A stretch of 64,000 nt of DNA, taken from NCBI GenBank assembly GCA_016928025.1, contig JAFGLN010000014.1, positions 65,391 to 129,390 on the forward strand, in the 5' to 3' direction. The DNA comes from Deltaproteobacteria bacterium. GTDB taxonomy: Bacteria > Desulfobacterota > Syntrophia > Syntrophales > JAFGHS01. Under the pieces are notes generated by a model. The model saw nothing but the letters and a program-made list of their open reading frames with translations, was not told where the DNA came from and searched no databases. Within the stretch, counting starts at the first letter, position 1. Each line of letters begins with the position of its first letter. This document shows, piece after piece, positions 1 through 8,686 of the stretch. The position numbers and the translations under genes are program-made.

Positions 1-104
1 CGGTGTGGTAAACGGTTCGCAATCGTAATCCGGATAACTATGGCAACCTCCCGCAATCGTTCGGAAATATATTTAAAACCGAACGGGGGCGGGAAAACCA
101 GGAT

Positions 105-1094
105 ATGGGGGGTCGGCATTTGCTTGCCTATGTCATTAAAAGATTACTCTTTATGATCCCGGTCCTCATCGGCATCACCATCATCTGCTTTATTGTGATC
201 CGCCTGGCCCCCGGTTCCCCGACAGATCTTGAAACGCAGATGAATCCAAGGGCATCGGCGGAGCTCAAAGAGCGCCTTCGCTCCCTGTACGATCTCGACA
301 AGCCCCTCCATCAGCAGTATCTGCTCTGGGCGGGCAAGCTGATCACCTTTGATCTGGGCAAGTCTTTTTCGCCGGACCGCCGCCCCGTGGCGGACAAAAT
401 CAAAGAGCGAATTCCCATTACCATTACCATTAACGTCCTGTCCATGATTCTGATCATCATGGTTGCCATTCCCATCGGCGTCCTGTCCGCCGTGTATCAG
501 GATTCCTTCTTCGACAAGATAACCGGCGTCATTGTTTTTATCGGCTTTGCCATCCCGACCTTCTGGCTGGCCCTGCTTTTAATGATTCTCTTCGGTGTGA
601 ATTTAGGCTGGCTTCCCATTTCCGGCATCCGCTCCCTGAATTATGAGTATATGTCAACGTGGGGGACCATGATCGATCTGGTCAAGCACCTGATTCTACC
701 GGTTTTGCTGTCGGCGTTCGGCGGCCTGGCCGGTCTGTCGCGGTATGTCAGGGCCAATATGCTGGAGGTTGTCAGGCAGGACTTCATCACAACGGCGCGG
801 GCCAAGGGACTGACGGAAAAGATGGTCATTTACCGGCACGCCCTGCGGAATGCATTGTTACCCGTTATCACCATCCTGGGTCTTTCCGTCCCCGGATTGA
901 TCGGGGGCAGCGTCATATTCGAAACGATTTTTGCCATTCCGGGCATGGGACAGCTCTTCTACATGTCCGTCATGGCCCGGGACTACCCCGTGGTGATGGG
1001 CATATTATTTCTGGGTGCCCTCCTGACGCTGATCGGCAATCTCCTGGCCGACGTTTCGTACGCCATGGCCGATCCCAGAATCAGGCTGTCCTGA
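105..1094 (+). CDS. peptide/nickel-type ABC transporter permease (DppB/OppB-like)
   Basis: The ORF is 329 aa with several hydrophobic TM segments. The N-terminus '[21 protein letters not shown]' and the loop motif '[24 protein letters not shown]' are typical of binding-protein-dependent peptide permeases. The partner permease follows directly. TTG at 120 is an alternative start. Confidence 0.9.
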   Translation: MGGRHLLAYVIKRLLFMIPVLIGITIICFIVIRLAPGSPTDLETQMNPRASAELKERLRSLYDLDKPLHQQYLLWAGKLITFDLGKSFSPDRRPVADKIKERIPITITINVLSMILIIMVAIPIGVLSAVYQDSFFDKITGVIVFIGFAIPTFWLALLLMILFGVNLGWLPISGIRSLNYEYMSTWGTMIDLVKHLILPVLLSAFGGLAGLSRYVRANMLEVVRQDFITTARAKGLTEKMVIYRHALRNALLPVITILGLSVPGLIGGSVIFETIFAIPGMGQLFYMSVMARDYPVVMGILFLGALLTLIGNLLADVSYAMADPRIRLS

Positions 1095-1212
1095 AAAAAC
1101 TATTCAAACAGGGATTATGGAGAGTGGGTCATGATCAGTGATGCGGAAAAAGATTTGGATCATTAAAAACCGTTCCTCATCACCATTTATCATTTACAAG
1201 ATCGGTTTAACG

Positions 1213-2040
1213 ATGGGTTTCTGGAAAAGATTTTTAAAAAACAAGATGGCCGTGGCGGGCGCGCTGGTTGTCCTGGCACTGTTCGCTGTTTCCCTGCTGG
1301 CACCTTACCTTGCCCCCTATGATCCGAATGCCATCAATCTCGGTCAGGTTCTGGCGCCGCCTTCGGCCAAGCACATCCTGGGGACGGACCAGCTGGGGCG
1401 CGATGTCCTGAGCCGTATGATCTGGGGCGCCCGCATCTCCATGAAGGTGGGATTCGTGGCGACGGGCATCGCCATTCTCATTGGAGCCATTTTAGGCGCC
1501 CTGGCCGGATATTACGGGACATGGGTCGATGCCGTCATCATGCGGTTCGTGGACATCATGCTGTGTTTCCCCACTTTTTTTCTCATCCTGGCCGTCATCG
1601 CCATTCTGGAGCCATCCATCTGGAATATCATGATCATCATCGGCCTCACCGGTTGGATGGGGATTACCCGCCTCGTTCGTGCCGACTTTATTTCCCTGAA
1701 GGAGCGGGAGTTTATCCGGGCGGCCCGGGCCACGGGCGCCGACGATCTACGGATTATTGTCCGCCATCTATTTCCCAACGCCATGGCGTCCATCCTCGTG
1801 GCGGCCACGCTGGGCGTGGCCGGCGCCATATTGACGGAATCAGCCCTCAGTTTTCTGGGCATCGGCGTCCAGCCACCGACCCCCAGCTGGGGTAACATTT
1901 TGACGGCCGGCAAAGACAACATCGACATCGCCTGGTGGCTTTCCCTCTATCCCGGCCTGGCCATTTTGATTACGGTCCTCGGCTACAACCTCCTTGGTGA
2001 AGCCATCAGAGACTCCCTCGATCCCAGGCTCCGTCGTTAA
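1213..2040 (+). CDS. peptide/nickel-type ABC transporter permease (DppC/OppC-like)
   Basis: The ORF is open from 1138. The N-terminus 'MGFWKRFLKNKMAVAGALVVLALF' from the ATG at 1213 matches the usual OppC N-terminal domain, and the loop motif is 'AARATGADDLRIIVRHLFPNA'. The start is uncertain (1138, 1141 or 1213). Confidence 0.88.
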   Translation: MGFWKRFLKNKMAVAGALVVLALFAVSLLAPYLAPYDPNAINLGQVLAPPSAKHILGTDQLGRDVLSRMIWGARISMKVGFVATGIAILIGAILGALAGYYGTWVDAVIMRFVDIMLCFPTFFLILAVIAILEPSIWNIMIIIGLTGWMGITRLVRADFISLKEREFIRAARATGADDLRIIVRHLFPNAMASILVAATLGVAGAILTESALSFLGIGVQPPTPSWGNILTAGKDNIDIAWWLSLYPGLAILITVLGYNLLGEAIRDSLDPRLRR

Positions 2041-2162
2041 GTGTCCAACATTGAACAATTAATCATCCTATTGAAATTTTTTCATCAGCTGATCTTTAGC
2101 ATTCTAATACTCATGAAAACAGTATTTAATCCCATTCGCTATCTATTTCATCCAGAATCGAA

Positions 2163-2191
2163 TTGACTTAATCCGTCCTATTTTCTATAGT
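2163..2191 (+). promoter_or_regulatory. sigma70-type promoter candidate for the rnk-like gene
   Basis: TTGACT (2163-2168), a 17-nt spacer and TATAGT (2186-2191) lie about 45 nt upstream of the ATG at 2239. Confidence 0.5.
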
Positions 2192-2238
2192 GATGCTAAA
2201 TTCGCAAAATGACGACGGAAAGGAGTAAGGAGGCGACC

Positions 2239-2655
2239 ATGTCGGAAAGGACGATATATGTTACAAGATTTGATATGGATCGATTAATGGATTTAATTGA
2301 AGGGCTCAGCGAAAAACCCGGAAAGAAAAAGGCGAGTATCGAAATGCTGGAACGGGAATTATCAAGAGGTAAAGTCGTTGAGCCAAAAGATATACCGCCG
2401 GATGTCATCACCATGAATTCAACCGTCCATGTTACCGATCTGGATTCGGGAGAAAAGATGCTCTGTTCCCTGGTCTTTCCTTCCCGCGCCAACATTGATG
2501 AAAACAGGATTTCCATTCTTGCCCCTTTGGGGGTGGCATTGATCGGTTATAGGGTCGGCGACGTCATTGAATGGGAAATGCCCTCAGGAAAGAAAAGGCT
2601 GAACGTCGACGAAATTATTTACCAGCCGGAAGCAGCCGGCGACTATCATCTATAA
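2239..2655 (+). CDS. rnk: GreA/GreB-family regulator, Rnk-like (regulator of nucleoside diphosphate kinase)
   Basis: The product is about 138 aa from the ATG at 2239, which is preceded by AAGGAGG. The C-terminal GreA/B-like domain reads 'LGVALIGYRVGDVIEWEMPSGKKRLNVDEIIYQPEAAG'. The ORF is open from 2209. Confidence 0.75.
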   Translation: MSERTIYVTRFDMDRLMDLIEGLSEKPGKKKASIEMLERELSRGKVVEPKDIPPDVITMNSTVHVTDLDSGEKMLCSLVFPSRANIDENRISILAPLGVALIGYRVGDVIEWEMPSGKKRLNVDEIIYQPEAAGDYHL

Positions 2656-2928
2656 ATCATATGAAAAAGCAAATAAACACTGCTGCGAGTTCCGCCGAGA
2701 TGAAAAAACGGGGAGGTTTCCAAGAAGATAGAAGGGTAGTTCTCAAGGTTCGCCCGAGTATGAACAGTGTGGGGACAGATGGTCTGCCCCTCAACCGCCC
2801 ATAGGTAGCGGAGAACCCGACAAGCACCCGACTGAGTGCCTCAAGTGCGGGGTTGCGGCCTGTCGGGTGATTAAACAGCACATTTCGTTTTACTCTTTCA
2901 ATATGACCTTTTAAAATCAGGTCTATTA

Positions 2929-4587
2929 TCAGTTCCCTGCCGGGTTATCGACCCTTTCCTCTTCCTGCAGAACCCGTCGTAAAACCTTTCCCACGAAGGT
3001 TTTGGGCAATTCCTTCCGAAACTCGATATGCCGGGGGACCTTATAGCCCGTCAGCTTCCGGCGGCAGAACTGCTGGAGGTCTTCCGCCGTCACCGTCTGT
3101 CCTTCTTTCAGGACGATCCAGGCCTTCACCGCCTCCGTCTGCCGGGGATCGGGGATGCCGCCGACGCAGACCTCGGCCACCGCCGGGTGTTCCTGCAGGA
3201 TCTCTTCGACCTCCCGGGGCCAGACCTGAAAACCGCTGCATTTGATCACGTCCTTCTTGCGCGACGTGAGGAAAACGTAGCCGTCTTCATCCATGTAGCC
3301 GATATCCCCCGTATAGAGCCAGCCGTCCCGCAGGACCTCCCGCGTTTCCTCTGGCCGCTTCCAGTAACCCTGCATAAGCTGCGGCGCCTTCATGATCAGC
3401 TCACCAGGCTCATTGACGGGCATCTCGTTCCGGCCAGTTTCGATATCCACAATGCGAACGATCGTGTCCGGCAGGGGCAGCCCGATGGAGCCTTCCTTCC
3501 ATTTTCCCTTGGCGGGTGTAGTCAGCATGGCCAGGCCGCTTTCCGTCAGGCCGTAGCCTTCCGTCAACCGGCCACTGATATGCTTCTCGAAGGCCTCCTT
3601 CACCTCCCGCAGGAGAGGGGCGGCACCGGACGTCGCCATGCGCATGGTTTTGAGATCGCCCATTTTAAGATCGGGGTGCTCCATAATGGACATGAACATG
3701 GTCGGCGCGCCGCCGGTGTTGGTAATTTTCTGCTTCTTGACGGTTTCGATGATGTCCTTGACATCCCGCGGATTGGCAATGAGAACGGAAATGTTGTGCT
3801 GGACCAGGGCCATGCCGAAGCTGGCATAGATGCCGAAGACATGAAAAAGCGGCAGGGGCACCAGAAACTTTTCGTCCCACCATAGAGAAATTTCCTTAAA
3901 CCAGGCCTCCACCTGCATGCCCGTGATCACCAGGGAATGGTGGCTCTCCATGACCCCCTTGGGGACACCCGTGGTCCCGCCGGAAAACAGGATCAGCGCC
4001 GTGTCTTCTGGCTGCACCTCCACGGCCGGTCCCTTTTTCCCCGCATATCGCCGGGTAATATCCAGCCACCAGTGGTCGTCCGACTCGACGGCAACCGCCG
4101 GTTTTTCCTTGCCGGGCGTCGTGTAGTCGTCGAATTCCGTCATAATGATGTTTTTCACGTGCGTTGTCTTTTGCAGCCGTTTGACCATGTCGTACCAAAG
4201 ATTGAGGACCACCGCCGTTTCCGCTTCGATCTCGTTAAGCCGGGCCTCAATCTCGAACTCCGTATACAGGGGATTGATGGGGGCGACAATGGCCCCGATC
4301 TTCCAGGCCGCGAAAAAGATGATGTATTGCTGGGGGCAGTTCAGAAAAAGGACCGCGATGCGGTCGCCCTTTTTCACGCCCATCTCGGCCAAAGCCGCCG
4401 CCAGGGCGTCGCTTTCTTTTTCCATTTCGCGATACGTCATCTCCCGGTCCTGAAAAATGAGCATGGGATAGTCCGGACGCTCCTGTGTCGCTTCTTTGAC
4501 CACATCCAGGATCGTTTTTCTCGGATAGGGTTCCAGCGAATGGGGAACGCCGGGATCGTAACTTTTATACCAGCGGTATTCAGCCAT
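2929..4587 (-). CDS. AMP-dependent acyl-CoA synthetase (long-chain fatty acid-CoA ligase-like)
   Basis: The protein is 552 aa. It carries the AMP-binding motif 'FSGGTTGVPKGVMESHHS', plus 'GYGLTESG' and 'YTGDIGYMDEDGYVFLTSRKKDVIK'. GGAGG precedes the ATG. Confidence 0.9.
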   Translation of the reverse strand: MAEYRWYKSYDPGVPHSLEPYPRKTILDVVKEATQERPDYPMLIFQDREMTYREMEKESDALAAALAEMGVKKGDRIAVLFLNCPQQYIIFFAAWKIGAIVAPINPLYTEFEIEARLNEIEAETAVVLNLWYDMVKRLQKTTHVKNIIMTEFDDYTTPGKEKPAVAVESDDHWWLDITRRYAGKKGPAVEVQPEDTALILFSGGTTGVPKGVMESHHSLVITGMQVEAWFKEISLWWDEKFLVPLPLFHVFGIYASFGMALVQHNISVLIANPRDVKDIIETVKKQKITNTGGAPTMFMSIMEHPDLKMGDLKTMRMATSGAAPLLREVKEAFEKHISGRLTEGYGLTESGLAMLTTPAKGKWKEGSIGLPLPDTIVRIVDIETGRNEMPVNEPGELIMKAPQLMQGYWKRPEETREVLRDGWLYTGDIGYMDEDGYVFLTSRKKDVIKCSGFQVWPREVEEILQEHPAVAEVCVGGIPDPRQTEAVKAWIVLKEGQTVTAEDLQQFCRRKLTGYKVPRHIEFRKELPKTFVGKVLRRVLQEEERVDNPAGN

Positions 4588-4664
4588 TATGGTACCTCCT
4601 CTCTCGTCTTGCGGTAACGACGGTCTTCAGTATGGCCCGCCGTATTTTTGCTGCATTGCAGAAT

Positions 4665-5894
4665 TTATTTTTTGTCTTTTCGCATTAGAACGATGAAACC
4701 GGCCACGGCCGTAATGGCACAAAGGAGAATGTAAAGGGCAAACGCCAGATAGTAGCTTTTCGTCGCATCATAAATGAAGCCGGAAAGCGGCACCCCGATG
4801 GCGGTGCCGAGGGTGGTAAAGATATTCAGGAATCCGTAGATAACGGCAAAATGCTTCTGACCCAGGACCTCGGCCGTCATGAGTGGCGGCAATACCGTGC
4901 GGACGGCAATGGAAAATCCGAACAGGATGTTGAAGACCACGGCCACCCACAGCCACTGCGCCCCATAAAGCAAGACAATGGAAACCATGAGGCCGATCAT
5001 GAGAACCAGATAGCTTTTCAGCAAACCCAGTCGGTCGGCCAGACTGCCCGCCAGGACTTTGCCGACGATCAGCATAGCCATATGCAGGGACATCAACGTT
5101 GCCGCCGTCGTCGAGGAAAGCCCCATATCGGTGAGATAGGGCACGATGTGATGGAGAACGCCCATGTTGGCCACCGCAATAAGCAGGATAATGAGGGCGA
5201 GGAGCCAGAAACCGCTGGTGCGGAAAGCTTCGGTCGCAGTCAGTCCTTTCCCCTCCGTTTCGGATTGTTGGGCGATTGCCGCTTCCCCGCCCAGGGGAAG
5301 CAGACCTTTGTCGGCCGGCTTGGCCCGTACAATGAAAATGGCCGTCGGAATTGAAAAGACGCCGATGATAAGGCCGAAGACCCAATAGGCGGTCTGCCAG
5401 CTGTAATTCATGATGATCCAGTTCGCCAGGGGGTTGAAGATGAGCCCGCCGACCCCCGTAGCGGCAAAGACGATCCCCATGGCCAGCCCCCGCTTGTCGA
5501 TGAACCAGTTCGTAATCATCATGGAAACGGGAATGATATGGGAACCGGCACTTCCGACCCCCAGAAACACGGCAAGGATATAGAATTGTGTTAGTGTGCT
5601 GCATTGGGAAAAGAGGGCGAAACTCAACGCCATCATGGTCGTACAGATTGTCATGATGATGCGGATATCGTATTTCTCCAGCAGCTTGCCCATAACCGGC
5701 GCCATGACCATCATGGAAAGAGCGGCAATAGTGAAATACAGCGAGAAACCGCCCCGGGTGAACCCGAGGGATTCGACGACAGGCTTGATAAAGATGCCCA
5801 TGGTGTTCATGATGATGCCGATGCCGGCAAAGTTGAGGAAAAAGGACCCGACGACGATCCACCATCCATAGAAAATCTTCTGCTGAGATTCCAT
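4665..5894 (-). CDS. MFS transporter
   Basis: The protein is 409 aa with about 12 hydrophobic segments arranged in two halves joined by a central hydrophilic loop ('KPADKGLLPLGGEAAIAQQSETEGKG'). It lies directly upstream of the acyl-CoA ligase on the same strand. Confidence 0.85.
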   Translation of the reverse strand: MESQQKIFYGWWIVVGSFFLNFAGIGIIMNTMGIFIKPVVESLGFTRGGFSLYFTIAALSMMVMAPVMGKLLEKYDIRIIMTICTTMMALSFALFSQCSTLTQFYILAVFLGVGSAGSHIIPVSMMITNWFIDKRGLAMGIVFAATGVGGLIFNPLANWIIMNYSWQTAYWVFGLIIGVFSIPTAIFIVRAKPADKGLLPLGGEAAIAQQSETEGKGLTATEAFRTSGFWLLALIILLIAVANMGVLHHIVPYLTDMGLSSTTAATLMSLHMAMLIVGKVLAGSLADRLGLLKSYLVLMIGLMVSIVLLYGAQWLWVAVVFNILFGFSIAVRTVLPPLMTAEVLGQKHFAVIYGFLNIFTTLGTAIGVPLSGFIYDATKSYYLAFALYILLCAITAVAGFIVLMRKDKK

Positions 5895-5976
5895 TGAAAA
5901 GCCCCCCTTTCAATCGTTATGGCTGCACGTTATTAATCGATATGATCTACCCTCCTATCTTCAATAGCTACCGAAA

Positions 5977-7377
5977 TTACGGAAGATCTACTTCTACAGG
6001 CGTCCAACTGCCATCAAAAGTCCCATCGCCCAATTGACCATACTCGTTATAGCCCCATGCCTGGGCCGTTATGTCACTCTTGAGGGAAAGCGTATCGTTA
6101 TAGCCGGCCGCAATGCCGATCATTCCCGATAATCCGCTGACCTGAAGCGGCAGGGTGCTGCCGGTCGTCGTTCCATCGCCCAGTTGGCCTTGACTGTTTC
6201 CCCCCCATGCCCAGACCGTTCCGTCATCTTTTAGGACCACCGTATGGTCATTGCCCGCCGCTATCACGGCTATATCCGATAAATTCGGTTTAACGCTGGA
6301 AGAACTGTTCGTCGTCGTACCGTTGCCAAGCTGACCGGAGCTGTTTCCCCCCCACGTCCGAATCGTGCCGTCGCGCAGCGATACAATGGTGTGCTCGTAA
6401 CCGGCGGCAATGGCTGTTACCGTGGAGATGTTCAGGCATGAAGGTATAATGTAGTTCGTTGTTGTTCCATTACCCAGTTGGCCGACACTGTTATTTCCCC
6501 ACAGGCAGACCGTGTTACTGCTCATCAACGCGATGGAGTGCCCGCTGCCCGCGGCTATGGCTATGGCCGCTTCTGTTGACAGAGCGGTGATCTGCACGGG
6601 AACCGTGCTGTCCGTTGTTGTGCCAATACCGAGCTGACCGCTGCTGTTGTTGCCCCACGCCCAAACCGTGCCGTCCTCGAGCAGCGCAAGAGAATGTGCA
6701 TTTCCTGCGGCGATGGCGATTACGCCCGACAGGGTGGTGATTGGTACGGGAATCGTGCTGTCCGTTGTTGTGCCAATACCGAGCTGGCCGCTGCCGTTAT
6801 TGCCCCACGCCCAAACCGTGCCGTCCTCGAGCAGCGCGAGGGAATGTTCATCACCCACCGCTACCGCCGCTACATTTGATAGGCTATTGATCTGCAAAGG
6901 AGCTGCGCTTAACGTTGTCGTCCCATCGCCGAGCTGACCATGATTATTTCTGCCCCAGGCCCAGACCGTGCCGTCGGTTTTCCGGTAAAGGGTATGTGTC
7001 GCTGTGACCAGACTATCCTGAATAAAAGCGCTGAAGTTAAAATCGGCGGCATCAATACCATTCAAGTAAACGGGGCGGTTGGCAGGGCTGAAACTGTAAC
7101 CGGCATACGTCGGCGTCAAGGTATAGGTCCCGATCTCAACATCCTGAAAACTATAGTTGCCGTTAATATCTGTCGTTGTCACCCTTGTAGATGGACCGGT
7201 CAGCGTAACCGTCACGTCGGTCAGCGGCACGCCGCCCAAGGTCGCTTTGCCGGAGATCGAATAGGTGACGTCGCTGTCGCTGCATCCAAAACATATCACA
7301 ATGATCAGCATGCTGATGCAAAACAATCCAATCATTCCGCTGGACTCGGATTTCTTAACCTGTCCCAATTTTGTCAT
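5977..7377 (-). CDS. RCC1/BLIP-II repeat lipoprotein with an N-terminal carboxypeptidase-regulatory-like domain
   Basis: There is a signal peptide and lipobox-like 'LIIVICFGCSD'. A CarboxypepD_reg-like segment follows ('TTDINGNYSFQDVEIGTYTLTP'). About 7 repeats of 'DGTVWAWGNNxxGQLGxGTTT' complete the protein. GAGGGG precedes the ATG at 7377. Confidence 0.85.
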   Translation of the reverse strand: MTKLGQVKKSESSGMIGLFCISMLIIVICFGCSDSDVTYSISGKATLGGVPLTDVTVTLTGPSTRVTTTDINGNYSFQDVEIGTYTLTPTYAGYSFSPANRPVYLNGIDAADFNFSAFIQDSLVTATHTLYRKTDGTVWAWGRNNHGQLGDGTTTLSAAPLQINSLSNVAAVAVGDEHSLALLEDGTVWAWGNNGSGQLGIGTTTDSTIPVPITTLSGVIAIAAGNAHSLALLEDGTVWAWGNNSSGQLGIGTTTDSTVPVQITALSTEAAIAIAAGSGHSIALMSSNTVCLWGNNSVGQLGNGTTTNYIIPSCLNISTVTAIAAGYEHTIVSLRDGTIRTWGGNSSGQLGNGTTTNSSSSVKPNLSDIAVIAAGNDHTVVLKDDGTVWAWGGNSQGQLGDGTTTGSTLPLQVSGLSGMIGIAAGYNDTLSLKSDITAQAWGYNEYGQLGDGTFDGSWTPVEVDLP

Positions 7378-7576
7378 AGTCTACCCCTCATCGAATTTTA
7401 AGCTGCAGCCGCTTGATCGTCACAATCAAGATGATTGATCGTTGCTACGGATGCGTCTACCTTTAAATTTTTATATGCTTAAAGTCAAGAATTCGTTCTG
7501 AAAGTGTTCCTATATCCTTATTGTTTCAATAAAGGATGTCAATTATCGTTGACGGATCCCGCGCCCTATATTTTCT

Positions 7577-8587
7577 TTAAATTAAAATCATTGCCCCTCT
7601 TTGCAATTCCGCATTCGGGATGACATGAATTTTGTTGAGTTGAAATCTGTCTGTGAGCTTTTTGATATTACCGTTTTTCTGGCCGTGCATATAGGAAATG
7701 TCCCTCGATGAAACCGCAAGGGTCACCGTCTTGCCGGCAACATTCCGTTGAGAAAGCAGATCACAGGCCCTGTCATAGAAAATGGATTCTTCCACAAGAG
7801 CATGGAAGGCGGGATGAAAAGGACCGGCAACAATACTGCCCGCCGCTTCCATCTCGCTTGTTGTCTGAAGACCCAGCCGAATCACGGGAATGTTGGCCGA
7901 TGAGAATCTTTTCAGGGCGTATTTGCAGGCATCGACGGCCTCCGTCATGGAAAGGGGTTTATACCGCCCTTCACGACAGGCGCGGGCGAGCGCCGTATTC
8001 TCAAAGACAATCGTGGGATGAATCCTGACCGTATCCGGCTTCAGATCGACGCACCGGTTTATGGTATAGGTAAATTTATCGCGATTGTCCCCCGGTAATC
8101 CGACCATGAGATGGATGCCCGTCGCGAAGTCCCGTATTTTTAGTATTTTCAAGGCACGTTCCGTATCGGCCGCCGAATGGCCACGTCCCGACAGTTCGAG
8201 GACCTTATCGACCATGGACTGGGCGCCTAATTCCACCGTCTTGACGCCGAAGGACCGAAGGAGATCACATTGTTCTTCGTCAATATAATCAGGTCGGGTG
8301 GAAACGCGAAGGGAGTGAACGAGACCCTCATCCATGAGGCCTTTGACATATCCGAGAAGCTCGATTTCATCGTTTCGATCCAGACCCGTAAAACTGCCGC
8401 CGTAAAAGGCGACTTGAACCTCATCCGGTTCTCGCCTGGCATGACGAATATAGGACAAAACGGTTTCCCTGATCGCGGATTCCGTAAGGCTGATCCTTTG
8501 CTTCCCCGCCACTTTCTGAACATTGCAGAAAACACAGCGGTTCGGGCAGCCTTTGTTCATGATAAAAAAGGGGATAATCATGCTCAA
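7577..8587 (-). CDS. radical SAM protein (ELP3-like catalytic domain, no acetyltransferase domain)
   Basis: The protein is 336 aa. The CxxxCxxC cluster 'CPNRCVFCN' is near the N-terminus, and 'VAFYGGSFTGL' and 'VELGAQSM' are typical of the ELP3-like radical SAM family. Confidence 0.8.
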   Translation of the reverse strand: MSMIIPFFIMNKGCPNRCVFCNVQKVAGKQRISLTESAIRETVLSYIRHARREPDEVQVAFYGGSFTGLDRNDEIELLGYVKGLMDEGLVHSLRVSTRPDYIDEEQCDLLRSFGVKTVELGAQSMVDKVLELSGRGHSAADTERALKILKIRDFATGIHLMVGLPGDNRDKFTYTINRCVDLKPDTVRIHPTIVFENTALARACREGRYKPLSMTEAVDACKYALKRFSSANIPVIRLGLQTTSEMEAAGSIVAGPFHPAFHALVEESIFYDRACDLLSQRNVAGKTVTLAVSSRDISYMHGQKNGNIKKLTDRFQLNKIHVIPNAELQRGAMILI

Positions 8588-8686
8588 TGATAAGTCCTGT
8601 CAGTTTTATAATTTGTCCCGCCTCTGCCGTGGGAAGTCTGTACTAACCAATTTGCCGACGGGAATCCGGCCGTTTACGAAATCGCT

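Noticed and set aside
2571-2881. Two ORFs, 2571-2804 (+, 77 aa) and 2657-2881 (-, 74 aa), lie in the convergent gap after the rnk-like gene.
   Set aside because: Neither has a Shine-Dalgarno sequence. Their translations are low-complexity and R/S/L-rich, and they overlap each other. The region is better explained as structured non-coding DNA or RNA (see the finding at 2690-2880).
4768-5913. A 381-aa same-strand alternative-frame ORF overlaps the MFS transporter gene.
   Set aside because: The translation is R/G/H/P-rich with no TM or domain pattern. The MFS frame gives a coherent 12-TM protein. This is a frame artefact of GC-rich codon usage.
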